Below, piece by piece: positions 35,442 to 45,028 of a DNA stretch of 64,000 nucleotides. Location: NCBI GenBank assembly GCA_021296315.1, contig JAGWAO010000006.1, positions 8,977 through 72,976 on the forward strand. The letters run 5' to 3'. Numbering within the stretch: the stretch's first letter is position 1; each line of letters begins with the position of its first letter. Below the pieces are notes generated by a model. That model did no database searches, was not told the origin of the DNA, and saw only the letters and a list, made by a program, of their open reading frames with translations. The stretch is from Acidimicrobiia bacterium. Its GTDB lineage: Bacteria > Actinomycetota > Acidimicrobiia > Acidimicrobiales > Aldehydirespiratoraceae. Position numbers and translations under genes: made by a program.

Positions 35442-36551
35442 ATGGATCACCAATCCCAACCAACTCCGATTCACCCGAGCGCGCCCCGTCGCACGAGCAG
35501 TCGACGGATCTGGGCGATGGCGGTCGCCGCAGCCGCGTTGGCCGTGTTGGCCGGGGCGTGCAGCGGTGACCGCTCCGATGACCCCGTGGACCTCTCGGGC
35601 ACCACGGTGACGCTGCTCACCCACGACTCGTTCTACGTCTCGCCCGAGACCTTCGAGGCGTTCACCGCGTCGACCGGCATCGTGGTGGAGCAGCTCGCCT
35701 CGGGCGATGCCGGTGAGCTGGTGGCCCAGGCGTGCCTGACTGCCGGCAAGCCGCTCGGAGACGTGCTGTTCGGGATCGACAACACGTTCCTGCAGCGCGG
35801 TCTCGACTGCGGCATGTTCGAGCCCTATACGTCGCCCAATCTCGCCGATGTGCCTGACCATTTCGAGCTCGATCCGGAGCACCGAGTCACTCCCATCGAC
35901 TACGGCGATGTGTGCCTCAACTACTGGGTCGACTCCTTCGACGGCTCAACGGCCCCGCCGTCGTCCCTCGACGATCTGATCGACCCCGCCTACGCAGGCA
36001 TGCTCGTCGTGCAGAGCCCAGAGACCTCGTCGCCGGGACTGGCCTTCCTGCTGGCCACCATCGCCCGTTACGGCGAAGGCTGGGAGGACTACTGGGCCGC
36101 GCTGCGCGACAACGGCGTGTCGGTCACCGCGGGCTGGGAGGACGCCTACTACGGCGAGTTCGCCGCCGGCGGCGGCAACCGGCCGATCGTGGTGTCGTAC
36201 GCGTCCAGCCCGCCCGCCGAGGTGATGTTCGCCGACCCGCCCGTTGATGAGCCGCCAACGGGAGTGGTGACCGCCAGCTGCTACCGCCAGATCGAGTTCG
36301 CCGGGGTGCTCTCCGGTGCCGGCAATCCGGTCGGCGCACAGGCCCTGATCGACTTCATGCTCACGCCGACGTTCCAGAACGACGTTCCGCTCAACATGTT
36401 CGTCTTCCCGGTCATCACAACTGCCACCCTCCCGGACGCGTTCGTCGAGCACGCCGAGATGGCGGACGATCCGTTCATTCTTGAGCCCGCCCAGGTCGAG
36501 GCCCAGCGCAACGCCTGGACGGACCGGTGGGTGGAGATAGTCCTGCGCTGA
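35442..36551 (+). CDS. thiamine/TPP-type ABC transporter substrate-binding lipoprotein
   Basis: ATG 35442 lies after the riboswitch SD. Lipobox LAGACSG. Fe3+/thiamine-type periplasmic binding protein fold. The riboswitch context supports a thiamine-related substrate. Confidence 0.8.
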   Translation: MDHQSQPTPIHPSAPRRTSSRRIWAMAVAAAALAVLAGACSGDRSDDPVDLSGTTVTLLTHDSFYVSPETFEAFTASTGIVVEQLASGDAGELVAQACLTAGKPLGDVLFGIDNTFLQRGLDCGMFEPYTSPNLADVPDHFELDPEHRVTPIDYGDVCLNYWVDSFDGSTAPPSSLDDLIDPAYAGMLVVQSPETSSPGLAFLLATIARYGEGWEDYWAALRDNGVSVTAGWEDAYYGEFAAGGGNRPIVVSYASSPPAEVMFADPPVDEPPTGVVTASCYRQIEFAGVLSGAGNPVGAQALIDFMLTPTFQNDVPLNMFVFPVITTATLPDAFVEHAEMADDPFILEPAQVEAQRNAWTDRWVEIVLR

Positions 36552-36613
36552 GGCCCGGCGTTGTTTCCAGGGAACTCCGGAATAGGCAGCGTCTTGCACG
36601 GTATGCGTGCGTT

Positions 36614-38284
36614 GTGCTGCCAGTTCGCGTGGGCGGCGCGGGCGTGAGGCGGCTAGCGGCTGCTCTGCCTGCTGCGCTCCCGGCGCTCGGGGTCGGGGCG
36701 TTCATGGTGCTGTTCTTCGCCTGGCCCATCGCGGGTGTGATCGCCAGGGGTCTCGGCGGGACCAGCCCCGCCAGCCTGCTGGGGGAGGTTCTCGGCTCGG
36801 AATCGCATCGCTCGGTGATCTGGTTCACCGTCTGGCAGGCCGCCGCGTCGACCGCGTTGACGGTGGCTGCGGCCCTGCCCGCGGCGGGAGCCATGGCCCG
36901 GCTGAACTTCCGGGGCCAGCGGCTGGTGCGGGCCCTGGCGACGGTGCCCTTCGTGCTGCCCACGGTGGTGGTGGCGGCCGCGTTCGAGGGCCTGTTCGAC
37001 CGGTTCGGCCTCGCGGGCGGCGGCGGGGTGAACCTGCGCCACACGGTCTGGGCCATCCTGCTGGCCCATGTGTTCTTCAACTACGCGGTCGTGCTGCGGA
37101 CCGTTGGCGCCCACTGGGCGAACCTCGATGCCCGGGTCGAGGACCAGGCCCGGGTACTGGGAGCCTCGCGGATCCAGGTCTTCCGCCAGGTTGTGCTGCC
37201 CCGCCTGGCACCGTCGGTGGCTGCGGCTTCGGCCATCGTCTTCCTGTTCTCGTTCGCCTCCTTCGGCGTGGTCCTGATACTGGGAGGCCCGGCCCGGGCC
37301 ACCATCGAGACCGAGATCTACCGTTACGCCGTCGTCCGGCTCGACCTGGAGACGGCCGCAACCCTGGCGGTGGTGCAACTGGCAGCGGTAGTGGCGCTGG
37401 TGGTGGTGTCCAACGTGCTCGAGCGGCGCCGGGCCGCCATCGAGCCCGCGTCCACACCTGCGGCCGCGCCCCGTCGCCGGGGTCCGGGGCTGGTCGCCAA
37501 CCTTGCGGTCATGGGCCTGATCCTGGGCTTGCCGGTGGCGGTGCTGGTCGAGCGCTCGCTGGCCGCGGGCCGCGGCGGCGGCTACACACTCCGCTACTAC
37601 ACGGCCATGGCTGAGCGGGTCAGTCTGCTGCCGGACACTGCCCTGGCCGCTCTGGGCAATTCGCTGATGTTCGCCGTGCCGGCGGCTGCCCTTGCCCTGC
37701 TGGTGGGCGGGGCGGCCACCCTGGTGGTGGTGCGCTCGGGACCGGGGGGCGGCCGCGGCGTCGGGCGCCTGCTCGACGTAGGGCTGACGCTGCCGCTGGG
37801 TACTTCCGCGGTGACCATCGGGCTCGGGTTCCTGCTGGTGCTGGACCGGCCGCCCATCGACATCCGGACTTCGGTGATCGTGGTTCCAATCGCCCACGCC
37901 GTGGTGGGCATTCCCTTCGTCGTTCGCACGCTGGTGCCTATGCTGCGCACCGTGAATCCCAGGGTTCGCGAGGCTGCGGCCGTGCTCGGCGCGTCGCCGC
38001 GGCAGGTGCGCCGCGAGGTGGATCTGCGGGTTGCCGCCCGCGGCGTGGCGGTGGGTGCTGGGTTCGCCTTCGCGGTTTCGCTGGGGGAATTCGGGGCGAC
38101 GTCGTTCATTCCCCGCCGTCCCGAGACGCTCACGGCCCCGCTGGCCCTGTTCAGGCTCCTGGGCACTCCGGGGGAGGCCCTGAGGGGCCAGGCCATGGCG
38201 CTGGCGGTCTCGCTCATGGCCCTGACTGCTGTGGCAGTCTTCGTCATGGACCTTTGGGGCGACACGCGCAGGGGGGCCTTCTAG
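36614..38284 (+). CDS. ABC transporter permease, duplicated (two-domain ThiP/FbpB-type)
   Basis: Two permease halves, each with an EAA-like loop (ARVLGASRIQVFRQVVLP and AAVLGASPRQVRREVDL). Start is ambiguous (GTG 36614/36629/36644). Confidence 0.8.
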   Translation: MLPVRVGGAGVRRLAAALPAALPALGVGAFMVLFFAWPIAGVIARGLGGTSPASLLGEVLGSESHRSVIWFTVWQAAASTALTVAAALPAAGAMARLNFRGQRLVRALATVPFVLPTVVVAAAFEGLFDRFGLAGGGGVNLRHTVWAILLAHVFFNYAVVLRTVGAHWANLDARVEDQARVLGASRIQVFRQVVLPRLAPSVAAASAIVFLFSFASFGVVLILGGPARATIETEIYRYAVVRLDLETAATLAVVQLAAVVALVVVSNVLERRRAAIEPASTPAAAPRRRGPGLVANLAVMGLILGLPVAVLVERSLAAGRGGGYTLRYYTAMAERVSLLPDTALAALGNSLMFAVPAAALALLVGGAATLVVVRSGPGGGRGVGRLLDVGLTLPLGTSAVTIGLGFLLVLDRPPIDIRTSVIVVPIAHAVVGIPFVVRTLVPMLRTVNPRVREAAAVLGASPRQVRREVDLRVAARGVAVGAGFAFAVSLGEFGATSFIPRRPETLTAPLALFRLLGTPGEALRGQAMALAVSLMALTAVAVFVMDLWGDTRRGAF

Positions 38285-38458
38285 ATGCGGACAACGCCGA
38301 ACGATCCAGCCAGTGAAGTCGGCAGCGTACGGCGCCGTCTCGGGCCTTGGTGGCTGCCGATTCCGCCAGGAGGGCTCTACAGGGGGCTGCTGACGGAATT
38401 GGCAGCGGTGGAGGCCGTTTCGGGCCATGGTGGCTGCCAATTCGGCGAGCGGGTCTAG

Positions 38459-39472
38459 GTGCTGACGGTCAGCGGCGTCACGGTCTCGTTCGGGAGGAAC
38501 AGAGCCCTAGACGGAGTCGACCTGGCGGTGGCAACCGGCGAGGTTGTCGCCATTCTGGGCCCGAGCGGGTGCGGCAAGAGCACGCTGCTGCGGGCCGTGG
38601 CCGGGTTGCAGCCCTTGGACTCGGGGGAGGTTCGTTGGGACGGCGCGGATCTGAACGATCTGCCCGTGCATCGCCGCGACTTCGGGCTGATGTTCCAGGA
38701 GCACGCGCTGTTCTCGCACCGGGACGTGGCAGCCAACGTGGCTTTCGGGCTGCGGATGCAGAAGATGGATGTCGCCGGCCGGAGCCGGCGGGTACGCGAG
38801 GTGCTCGGGCTGGTGGGGCTGGCCGGCTACCAGGAGCGGGCGATCGCCACGCTGTCGGGGGGCGAGGCCCAACGGGTGGCGCTGGCCCGCTCTTTGGCGC
38901 CCGAGCCCCGCCTGCTGATGCTGGACGAGCCCCTCGGCTCGCTGGACCGGCCCCGCCGCGAGGAGCTCACCGAGGAGCTCAGGGTCCTGCTGCGCCGCAT
39001 CGGCGTCACCGTCCTGCACGTCACTCACGACCACGACGAGGCCTTCGCGGTGGCCGACCGGGTGGCCGTCATGCAGTCCGGCCGGATCGCCAGGATCGGT
39101 ACTCCCGCCGACATCTGGCACGATCCCCGCCACGCCGCCGTGGCCCGCTTCCTCGGTCATGCCAATGTGGTTGCGGTGGGGGAGGGCGGAGCCGTGCCGT
39201 GGGGTCGCTTGAGCGTCCCGCCCGGTCCGGCAGTGCTGCGCTCCGATGCCTTCGGGCGCGTGGACGACTCGCCCCCGGATGCCGTCGACTACGTCACGGG
39301 AGCCGTGACCGACGCCCGTTTCCGGGGCGACCGCTTCGAGCTGACCTTGTGCACCGACCCTGGGGACTTCGATCTTCTGGTGCGGGATCCTCATCCGGCC
39401 GCGGTCACCGAGAGGCTGAGCTACGTCATCGATCCTGCCCGGATCTCAGGCCTTGGCACCGGTGAGGTCTAG
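38459..39472 (+). CDS. ABC transporter ATP-binding protein with C-terminal TOBE-like domain
   Basis: Walker A GPSGCGKST, Q-loop, signature LSGGEAQRVALAR, Walker B LLMLDEP, H-loop VTHD. Confidence 0.85.
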   Translation: MLTVSGVTVSFGRNRALDGVDLAVATGEVVAILGPSGCGKSTLLRAVAGLQPLDSGEVRWDGADLNDLPVHRRDFGLMFQEHALFSHRDVAANVAFGLRMQKMDVAGRSRRVREVLGLVGLAGYQERAIATLSGGEAQRVALARSLAPEPRLLMLDEPLGSLDRPRREELTEELRVLLRRIGVTVLHVTHDHDEAFAVADRVAVMQSGRIARIGTPADIWHDPRHAAVARFLGHANVVAVGEGGAVPWGRLSVPPGPAVLRSDAFGRVDDSPPDAVDYVTGAVTDARFRGDRFELTLCTDPGDFDLLVRDPHPAAVTERLSYVIDPARISGLGTGEV

Positions 39473-40866
39473 GCGAGCTGTCTCGGTCGAGACAGGTGGG
39501 CCGCGAGCCAGGCTCCGGCGGCCGCGGCCACCAGCACCAGGGCGGCGATGCCCGAGTAGTGGCTCAGCGACTGGAAGCCGAGGAGTTCGACCAGGGCCCC
39601 GGACGACATCCCGCCCACCGCACCGCCGGTGATCATGACGAAGTCGGCGCCGCCCTGAACCTCCACTCTCTGGTGGACGGGGAACGCGTTCGTCAGCAGC
39701 GTGCTGCCCGCGATCAGCCCGCAACTCCAGCCGATGCCGATAAGCGTGAGGCCGCTGAACAGACCGGCGCTGTGCTCTGGGTCGGTGTGTCCGGCCAGCT
39801 CCGCGCCCACGAACAGGATCAGCCCGCCCAGGGTGACGACCGTGTGCGTCCCCAGCCGGTCTACCAGCCACCCCACGATGGGCGAGAAGGCGTACATCCC
39901 GATGATGTGGAGCGAGATCACCTGGCCGATCACCGCGAGGTCCTGATCCCCGCTGGTCATGTGCAGCGGGGTGGCCGTCATGACGCCCACCATCACCAGC
40001 TGCCCCACCAGCATGGCCAGCAGGGCGAGCCGGGCCGCAGGCACGGCCGCGATCCGGCGGATCACGGTGACCGGCGACGCCGGGCGGGGCGCCTCCGACC
40101 CGATCGTGCCGAGCACTTCGAGCGGGTCGGGGCGCAGCCATGTGTGGGTGATGGTGAGTCCAGTCAGGAACATCGCGGTACTCAGCACGTAGGGGCCGGC
40201 CAGCTCAGGAAGGCCGAGGAACCCGGCAAGGTCGGCAACCGGCCCGAGCGCGATCGCCGGTCCGGTGGCCGCGCCGAAGGTGGAGGCCCACACCAGCGCT
40301 CCGATGGCGCGGGCCAGACGATCCTCGGGCGCGTTGTCGGCCACCGCATACCGGGCAGCCAGGTTGGTGGCCTGACCCGCTCCGACCCCGATCATTCCCA
40401 GTACCACCAGCGGATACAGGCTCAACATGGCCGACAACACGGCAGTCATCGCTCCCGCGGCGCCGACCCACCATCCGGCGACCAAGCCCTGCCGCCGGCC
40501 GAGGCGGGCCATTCGGCGAGACAGCGGAACGGCGGCAGCCATGCTTCCGATCGACATCGAGCCCGCAGCCAGGGTGGCCAGCGTCGCGCTGCCGGTTATC
40601 TCCTCGGCGAGCACCGCCGAGGCGGCGAACGCCGACCCCATGGCCATCGTCGTGGGAATCACCGAACTCATCGTCACGGCGATCGTGCGGCGCTGGACCG
40701 CGGCCCGCTCGTAGGTCTGTGCGGGGCCCTCAGCCGTCATGGGCTGGCGAATGTCGTGTTGCCAAGGGCTCGGTCCGCGATGAGGCCACCGGCCGACGCT
40801 ATACCCAACCGGGGCGATCGGATAACTTGCCGGTGACATGGAAGTCGGATTCATCAGGCTGAGCAC
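39469..40866 (-). CDS. MFS transporter
   Basis: About 12 predicted TM helices. MFS loop motif SRRMARLGRRQG between TM2 and TM3. Confidence 0.8.
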   Translation of the reverse strand: MLSLMNPTSMSPASYPIAPVGYSVGRWPHRGPSPWQHDIRQPMTAEGPAQTYERAAVQRRTIAVTMSSVIPTTMAMGSAFAASAVLAEEITGSATLATLAAGSMSIGSMAAAVPLSRRMARLGRRQGLVAGWWVGAAGAMTAVLSAMLSLYPLVVLGMIGVGAGQATNLAARYAVADNAPEDRLARAIGALVWASTFGAATGPAIALGPVADLAGFLGLPELAGPYVLSTAMFLTGLTITHTWLRPDPLEVLGTIGSEAPRPASPVTVIRRIAAVPAARLALLAMLVGQLVMVGVMTATPLHMTSGDQDLAVIGQVISLHIIGMYAFSPIVGWLVDRLGTHTVVTLGGLILFVGAELAGHTDPEHSAGLFSGLTLIGIGWSCGLIAGSTLLTNAFPVHQRVEVQGGADFVMITGGAVGGMSSGALVELLGFQSLSHYSGIAALVLVAAAAGAWLAAHLSRPRQLA

Positions 40867-41615
40867 CCACGAGCTGGTCGTCGAGGTGTTCCGCAGCCCC
40901 CGGACCTACTCCTCGCACACCGGCGGGGACCGGCCCTACGGGGGCACCATGATCAACGACATGGCGATGAGCGGGAAGCTCCTCAACATGATGGACGACC
41001 CCCGCCACCAGCGCATCCGCCAACTCGTCAGCAAGGGGTTCACTCCCAAGCGGATCACTCGCCTGCGAGGCGATCTCGAAGCCATCACCGGCCGCACCCT
41101 GGAAGCGGTTGCCCGCCGCCGGGGGAGCGGGGCGCCTGCGACTTGGCGACGGACGTGGCCGCCGAGCTGCCTCTCCAGGCCATCTGCCTTCTGATGGGCG
41201 CTCCCGCTGAGGACCGCCACGCCTGTGCGAATGGGTGGACGTCACTTCGGACGTCACTTCGTCGGACTTCAGCGACGAGGTTCCGTCCTCGGCGCGGGCC
41301 CAGGCCAGCGTCAATCTGTTCCAGTACGGCCAGTGGTTTGATCCGGGCCCGCACCTCCGAGCCATGCGACGACCTGCTGTCGGTGGTGATCCACGGGGCT
41401 CCCCGAACAGCCACGTCGGTTTCGGGCATGGCCCCCACTTCTGCGTGGGGGCCAACCTGGCCGGGCTGGAGATCGACGTGATGCTGAAAGCCGTTCTGGA
41501 CCGCTGGCACGACATCGAGGCCACCGGCGAGCCCACCTACACCCGTACGAACCGGCTGTCGGGACTGCGGACCCTGCCCGTCGCCTTCACCGACGCCGGA
41601 AGGGTCTATGCCTAG
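40838..41615 (+). pseudogene. cytochrome P450 pseudogene (5'-truncated, frameshifted, internally deleted)
   Basis: P450 pieces are spread over all three forward frames: MMDDPRHQRIRQLVSKGFTP, DVAAELPLQAICLLMGAP, CDDLLSVVIHG, and the heme loop HVGFGHGPHFCVGANLA. The I-helix and ExxR region are missing. Total span is 778 bp where about 1.2 kb is expected. Confidence 0.75.
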
Positions 41616-42435
41616 GGCTCGCAACGGCGAGATCGAGATCGCCTACGAGACCTTCGGCACCGAGAGCGATCCCCCGCTGATCCTGCTCCACGGCCTCGGC
41701 TCCAGCATGCTTGTGTGGAACGAGGAGATGTGCGCCGGATTCGTCGATCGCGGCTTCCTCGTGCTGCGGATGGACCACCGTGACTCGGGGCTGTCCACGG
41801 TGCTGTCCGACGGTACCCGCTACACCCTCGACGACATGGCCGGCGACATGGTCGCGGTGCTCGATGCCGCCGGTTGCGACCGGGCCATCGTATGCGGATA
41901 CTCGCTCGGCGGGATGGTGGCGCAGGCCGCGGCCGCTGCCTTCGCTGACCGGGTGGCCGGACTGGTCTCTGTCTCGTCCAACACCGGCGAGCCGGGCGTC
42001 GGCGACCCCACTCCCGAGGCCCTGGCCGCGCTGACCTCCCCGCCCGCAACGACCATCGAGGCCCAGATCGAGTCCGATCTGGTCGGTTACCGGATCTGGT
42101 CCAATCCCGATTGGCGCAACGAGCAGGCCGAGCGGGAGTACCTTGAGCGCAGCTACCTGCGGGCGTGGCATCCCGGCGCGTCCGAGCGACAGTTCAAGGC
42201 CGCGGCCCGAAGCGGCAGTCGGGCCGACGCGTTGCGAAGTCTCGATGTGCCCACGCTGGTCATCCACGGCGGCGGTGACACGCTGATCGCCCCCGACGGC
42301 GGTCGCCGCACGGCCGAACTGGTTGCGGACGCCGAGTACCTGGAGGTCGACGCGATGGGTCACGAGCTGCCGCCCCAGGTGTGGGCTCCGATCATCAGCG
42401 CGGTGACCGCGCTGGCGGCCCGTATCGCCTGGTGA
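41608..42435 (+). CDS. alpha/beta hydrolase
   Basis: LILLHGLGSS, nucleophile elbow GYSLGGMVA, and C-terminal ..GHELP His region. Confidence 0.8.
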   Translation: MPRARNGEIEIAYETFGTESDPPLILLHGLGSSMLVWNEEMCAGFVDRGFLVLRMDHRDSGLSTVLSDGTRYTLDDMAGDMVAVLDAAGCDRAIVCGYSLGGMVAQAAAAAFADRVAGLVSVSSNTGEPGVGDPTPEALAALTSPPATTIEAQIESDLVGYRIWSNPDWRNEQAEREYLERSYLRAWHPGASERQFKAAARSGSRADALRSLDVPTLVIHGGGDTLIAPDGGRRTAELVADAEYLEVDAMGHELPPQVWAPIISAVTALAARIAW

Positions 42436-42448
42436 GAGCCGGTCGGCC

Positions 42449-42471
42449 AGACTTGCGGCGCACGCAAGTCT
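42449..42471 (+). terminator. 9-bp stem / 5-nt loop hairpin after the hydrolase gene
   Basis: agacttgcg-gcgca-cgcaagtct, 14 nt after the stop. No U-tract. Confidence 0.4.
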
Positions 42472-42504
42472 CCAACGCAGACGACTAGCACGGAAGGGGA
42501 CGAC

Positions 42505-43647
42505 ATGGGACCGTTAGAGGGAATTCGGGTGATCGAGATCGCCGGCATCGGGCCGGGGCCGTTCTGCGCCATGATGCTGGCCGACATGGGTGCGAACGTG
42601 GTCAGGGTTGACCGGGCTTCCGCGGTGCGGGGCGGCGATCCCGAACGCCCTCCGCTCGACCTGCTGAATCGGGGGCGCCGTTCCATCGGCGTCGACCTGA
42701 AGTCGTCCGAGGGCGTTGAGACCGTGCTGGCCCTGGTGGAGGACGCCGACGCGCTGCTGGAGGGGTTCCGCCCCGGCGTGGCCGAGCGGCTCGGCATCGG
42801 ACCCTCCGACTGCCTGGACCGCAACCCCCGTCTCGTCTACGGCCGGATGACCGGCTGGGGCCAGGACGGCCCCTACGCCTCGGTCGCGGGCCACGACCTC
42901 AACTACATCGCGCTGGCCGGGGCCCTGCACGGCATCGGCAGGCAGGGGGACGCCCCGGTTCCTCCGCTCAACCTCGTGGGCGACTTCGGTGGCGGCGGCA
43001 TGTACCTCGCCTACGGGATGGTGTGCGCCCTGCTCGAGACTCGCACCTCCGGGAAGGGCCAAGTGGTGGATGCGGCCATGGTGGACGGGGCGGCCTCGTT
43101 GATGACCGCGTTCTTCGGCATGGCCTTCTCGGGCTTCTGGAGCGAGGAGCGGGGCACCAACATGCTCGACACCGGCGCGCACTTCTACAACGTCTACGAA
43201 ACCGCCGACGGCAAGTACATCTCGCTGGGTCCGATCGAGCCCCAGTTCTACGCCGAGCTTCGTGAGCGGCTCGGACTGCAAGGCGACGAGTGGGACAACC
43301 AGATGGAGCGGATGCGCTGGCCTGACCTGAAAAAAGGGCTCGCCGCCGTGATTCGCCAGCGCACTCGCGACCAGTGGTGCGATCTGCTGGAGGGCACCGA
43401 CACCTGCTTTGCACCCGTCCTGTCGCTGGTGGAGGCGCCCGAGCACGCCCACAACCGCGCGCGAGGCACCTTCACCGAAGTCGCCGGCGTGGTGCAGCCA
43501 GCCGCGGCGCCCCGCTTCAGCCGCACCCCCGGGACGATCCGCCGCCCGCCGCCCCACGCGGGCCAGCACACCGACGAGATCCTGTCAGAGATGAACCTCG
43601 ATCCTGAGGCGATTGCGGCCCTGCGCGAGTCCGGAGCCGTTGCCTGA
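42505..43647 (+). CDS. CaiB/BaiF family III CoA-transferase (alpha-methylacyl-CoA racemase-like)
   Basis: MGPLEGIRVIEIAGIGPGPFCAMMLADMGANVVRVDR, and GHDLNYIALAG with the catalytic Asp context. Confidence 0.85.
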   Translation: MGPLEGIRVIEIAGIGPGPFCAMMLADMGANVVRVDRASAVRGGDPERPPLDLLNRGRRSIGVDLKSSEGVETVLALVEDADALLEGFRPGVAERLGIGPSDCLDRNPRLVYGRMTGWGQDGPYASVAGHDLNYIALAGALHGIGRQGDAPVPPLNLVGDFGGGGMYLAYGMVCALLETRTSGKGQVVDAAMVDGAASLMTAFFGMAFSGFWSEERGTNMLDTGAHFYNVYETADGKYISLGPIEPQFYAELRERLGLQGDEWDNQMERMRWPDLKKGLAAVIRQRTRDQWCDLLEGTDTCFAPVLSLVEAPEHAHNRARGTFTEVAGVVQPAAAPRFSRTPGTIRRPPPHAGQHTDEILSEMNLDPEAIAALRESGAVA

Positions 43648-43690
43648 TGGATCTCATCGTGTGGCTGTCAAGCGCTGCCGCGGTCGCCTG

Positions 43691-44545
43691 ATGGCGACGG
43701 CGGTCTTCTTCCACGCCCACCCCGACGACGAAGCTCTCTCCACCGGCGGGACGATGCTGCTGGCCTCGCGCGCCGGCCATCGCGTGGTGCTCGTGTGTGC
43801 CACCGACGGATCGCGGGGCGAGACGCCCGGACTCGACGACGGCGAGGCGCCCGACGCTGAGCACTTGGCGGAGATGAGGGGAGCGGAACTGCGCAAGGCG
43901 GCCGAACTGCTGGGCGTGCACCGGGTCGTCATGCTCGGCTATCGAGACTCGGGCATGGCAGGCGACCCCGCCAATGAGGACCCCGACTGCTTCTGGCAGG
44001 CAGACGACTCCGACGCGGCCGAGCGGTTGGCTGCGGTCCTGAGCGACGAACAGGCCGATCTGCTGACCTGCTACGACGCCAACGGCACCTACGGACATCC
44101 CGACCACATAAAGGTTCACCGTGTGGGAGTGCGGGCGGCGGAGCTGGCGGGCGTGGACATGGTGTACGAGGCCACGCTGGACCGTGATCACTTCCGCTCC
44201 TCTGTGAAGGAGCTGATGCGCATGGCGGCCGAGGCGGGCTTGGATCCCTCCCGCGAGCAGGATCAAGCGGAGTTCGAGGCCGAGCTCGACGAGGGGACCG
44301 TCGGCGTGGACGGCACCCGGATCACCCATCGCATCGATGTCCGTGCCGCCCTGGGCGGCAAGCGGGCTGCGATACGGGCCCACGTCTCGCAGATCCCGGC
44401 CGACTCGTTCTTCGTGTCTCTTCCCGATGAAGCCTTCGAGCTGGCCTTCGGCACGGAGTGGTTCATCCGCCGGGGCGCGGCCGCCGACGGCGCAGTGTCG
44501 ACAGACCTGTTCGCAGCGCTGGACGCACACTCGACTTCCGGGTGA
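43691..44545 (+). CDS. PIG-L/LmbE family deacetylase
   Basis: ATG 43691 gives MATAVFFHAHPDDEAL. Also GYRDSG and YGHPDHIKVH. Confidence 0.8.
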   Translation: MATAVFFHAHPDDEALSTGGTMLLASRAGHRVVLVCATDGSRGETPGLDDGEAPDAEHLAEMRGAELRKAAELLGVHRVVMLGYRDSGMAGDPANEDPDCFWQADDSDAAERLAAVLSDEQADLLTCYDANGTYGHPDHIKVHRVGVRAAELAGVDMVYEATLDRDHFRSSVKELMRMAAEAGLDPSREQDQAEFEAELDEGTVGVDGTRITHRIDVRAALGGKRAAIRAHVSQIPADSFFVSLPDEAFELAFGTEWFIRRGAAADGAVSTDLFAALDAHSTSG

Positions 44546-44937
44546 CTGCAGTGACATGGGTGACCGCGTCGGCGGCCGGCGCGGTGCACGACTGGTTCTC
44601 GTGGGTTGTGATCTTCTCGAATGCCTTGGCCGGACTGTGGGCACTCGCCGCGCACCGCCGTTCGAGCCTGCGGTCGCTCGCGCTGTGGGCGACCACGGTG
44701 GCCGCCCAGGTCACCGTCTTCGTGCAGGCTGGTCTCGGTACCTGGCTCATGGTGCAGGAGGGACGCGACGCTCCTGAACTGCATGCGCTGTACGGATTCT
44801 CGGCGTTGGTCGCGGTCGGCATCGCCTACAGCTACCGGCAGCATCTGCGCAGCCACTTGTACGTGCTCTACGGCTGCACCGGGCTGTTCCTCATGGGCCT
44901 CGGAATCCGGGCCGTGATCCTGGACTCGGTTGCCTGA
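44542..44937 (+). CDS. hypothetical 4-TM membrane protein
   Basis: GTG 44542 overlaps the upstream stop (GTGA). Four hydrophobic segments. No recognisable family. Confidence 0.45.
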   Translation: MTAVTWVTASAAGAVHDWFSWVVIFSNALAGLWALAAHRRSSLRSLALWATTVAAQVTVFVQAGLGTWLMVQEGRDAPELHALYGFSALVAVGIAYSYRQHLRSHLYVLYGCTGLFLMGLGIRAVILDSVA

Positions 44938-45028
44938 CAGCAGCCGCGCGAGGCCCGATAGGGCCATGCGCGAATCGTCATCGGTGTCGGGTTACTGTCC
45001 GCCGAGGCGACAAGGGAGTCGTTCGATT

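Noticed and set aside
36653-38440. 595-aa minus-strand ORF, plus the 335-aa plus-strand ORF at 36607
   Set aside because: Both overlap the thiamine-type ABC permease, which has clear TM segments and EAA loops. Both are R/G/P/H-rich.
42121-42140. caggccgagcgggag inside the alpha/beta hydrolase gene, resembling the repeat 5' module
   Set aside because: It is only a ~12-nt match, in frame as EQAEREY within a well-supported coding region. It is probably chance in GC-rich sequence.
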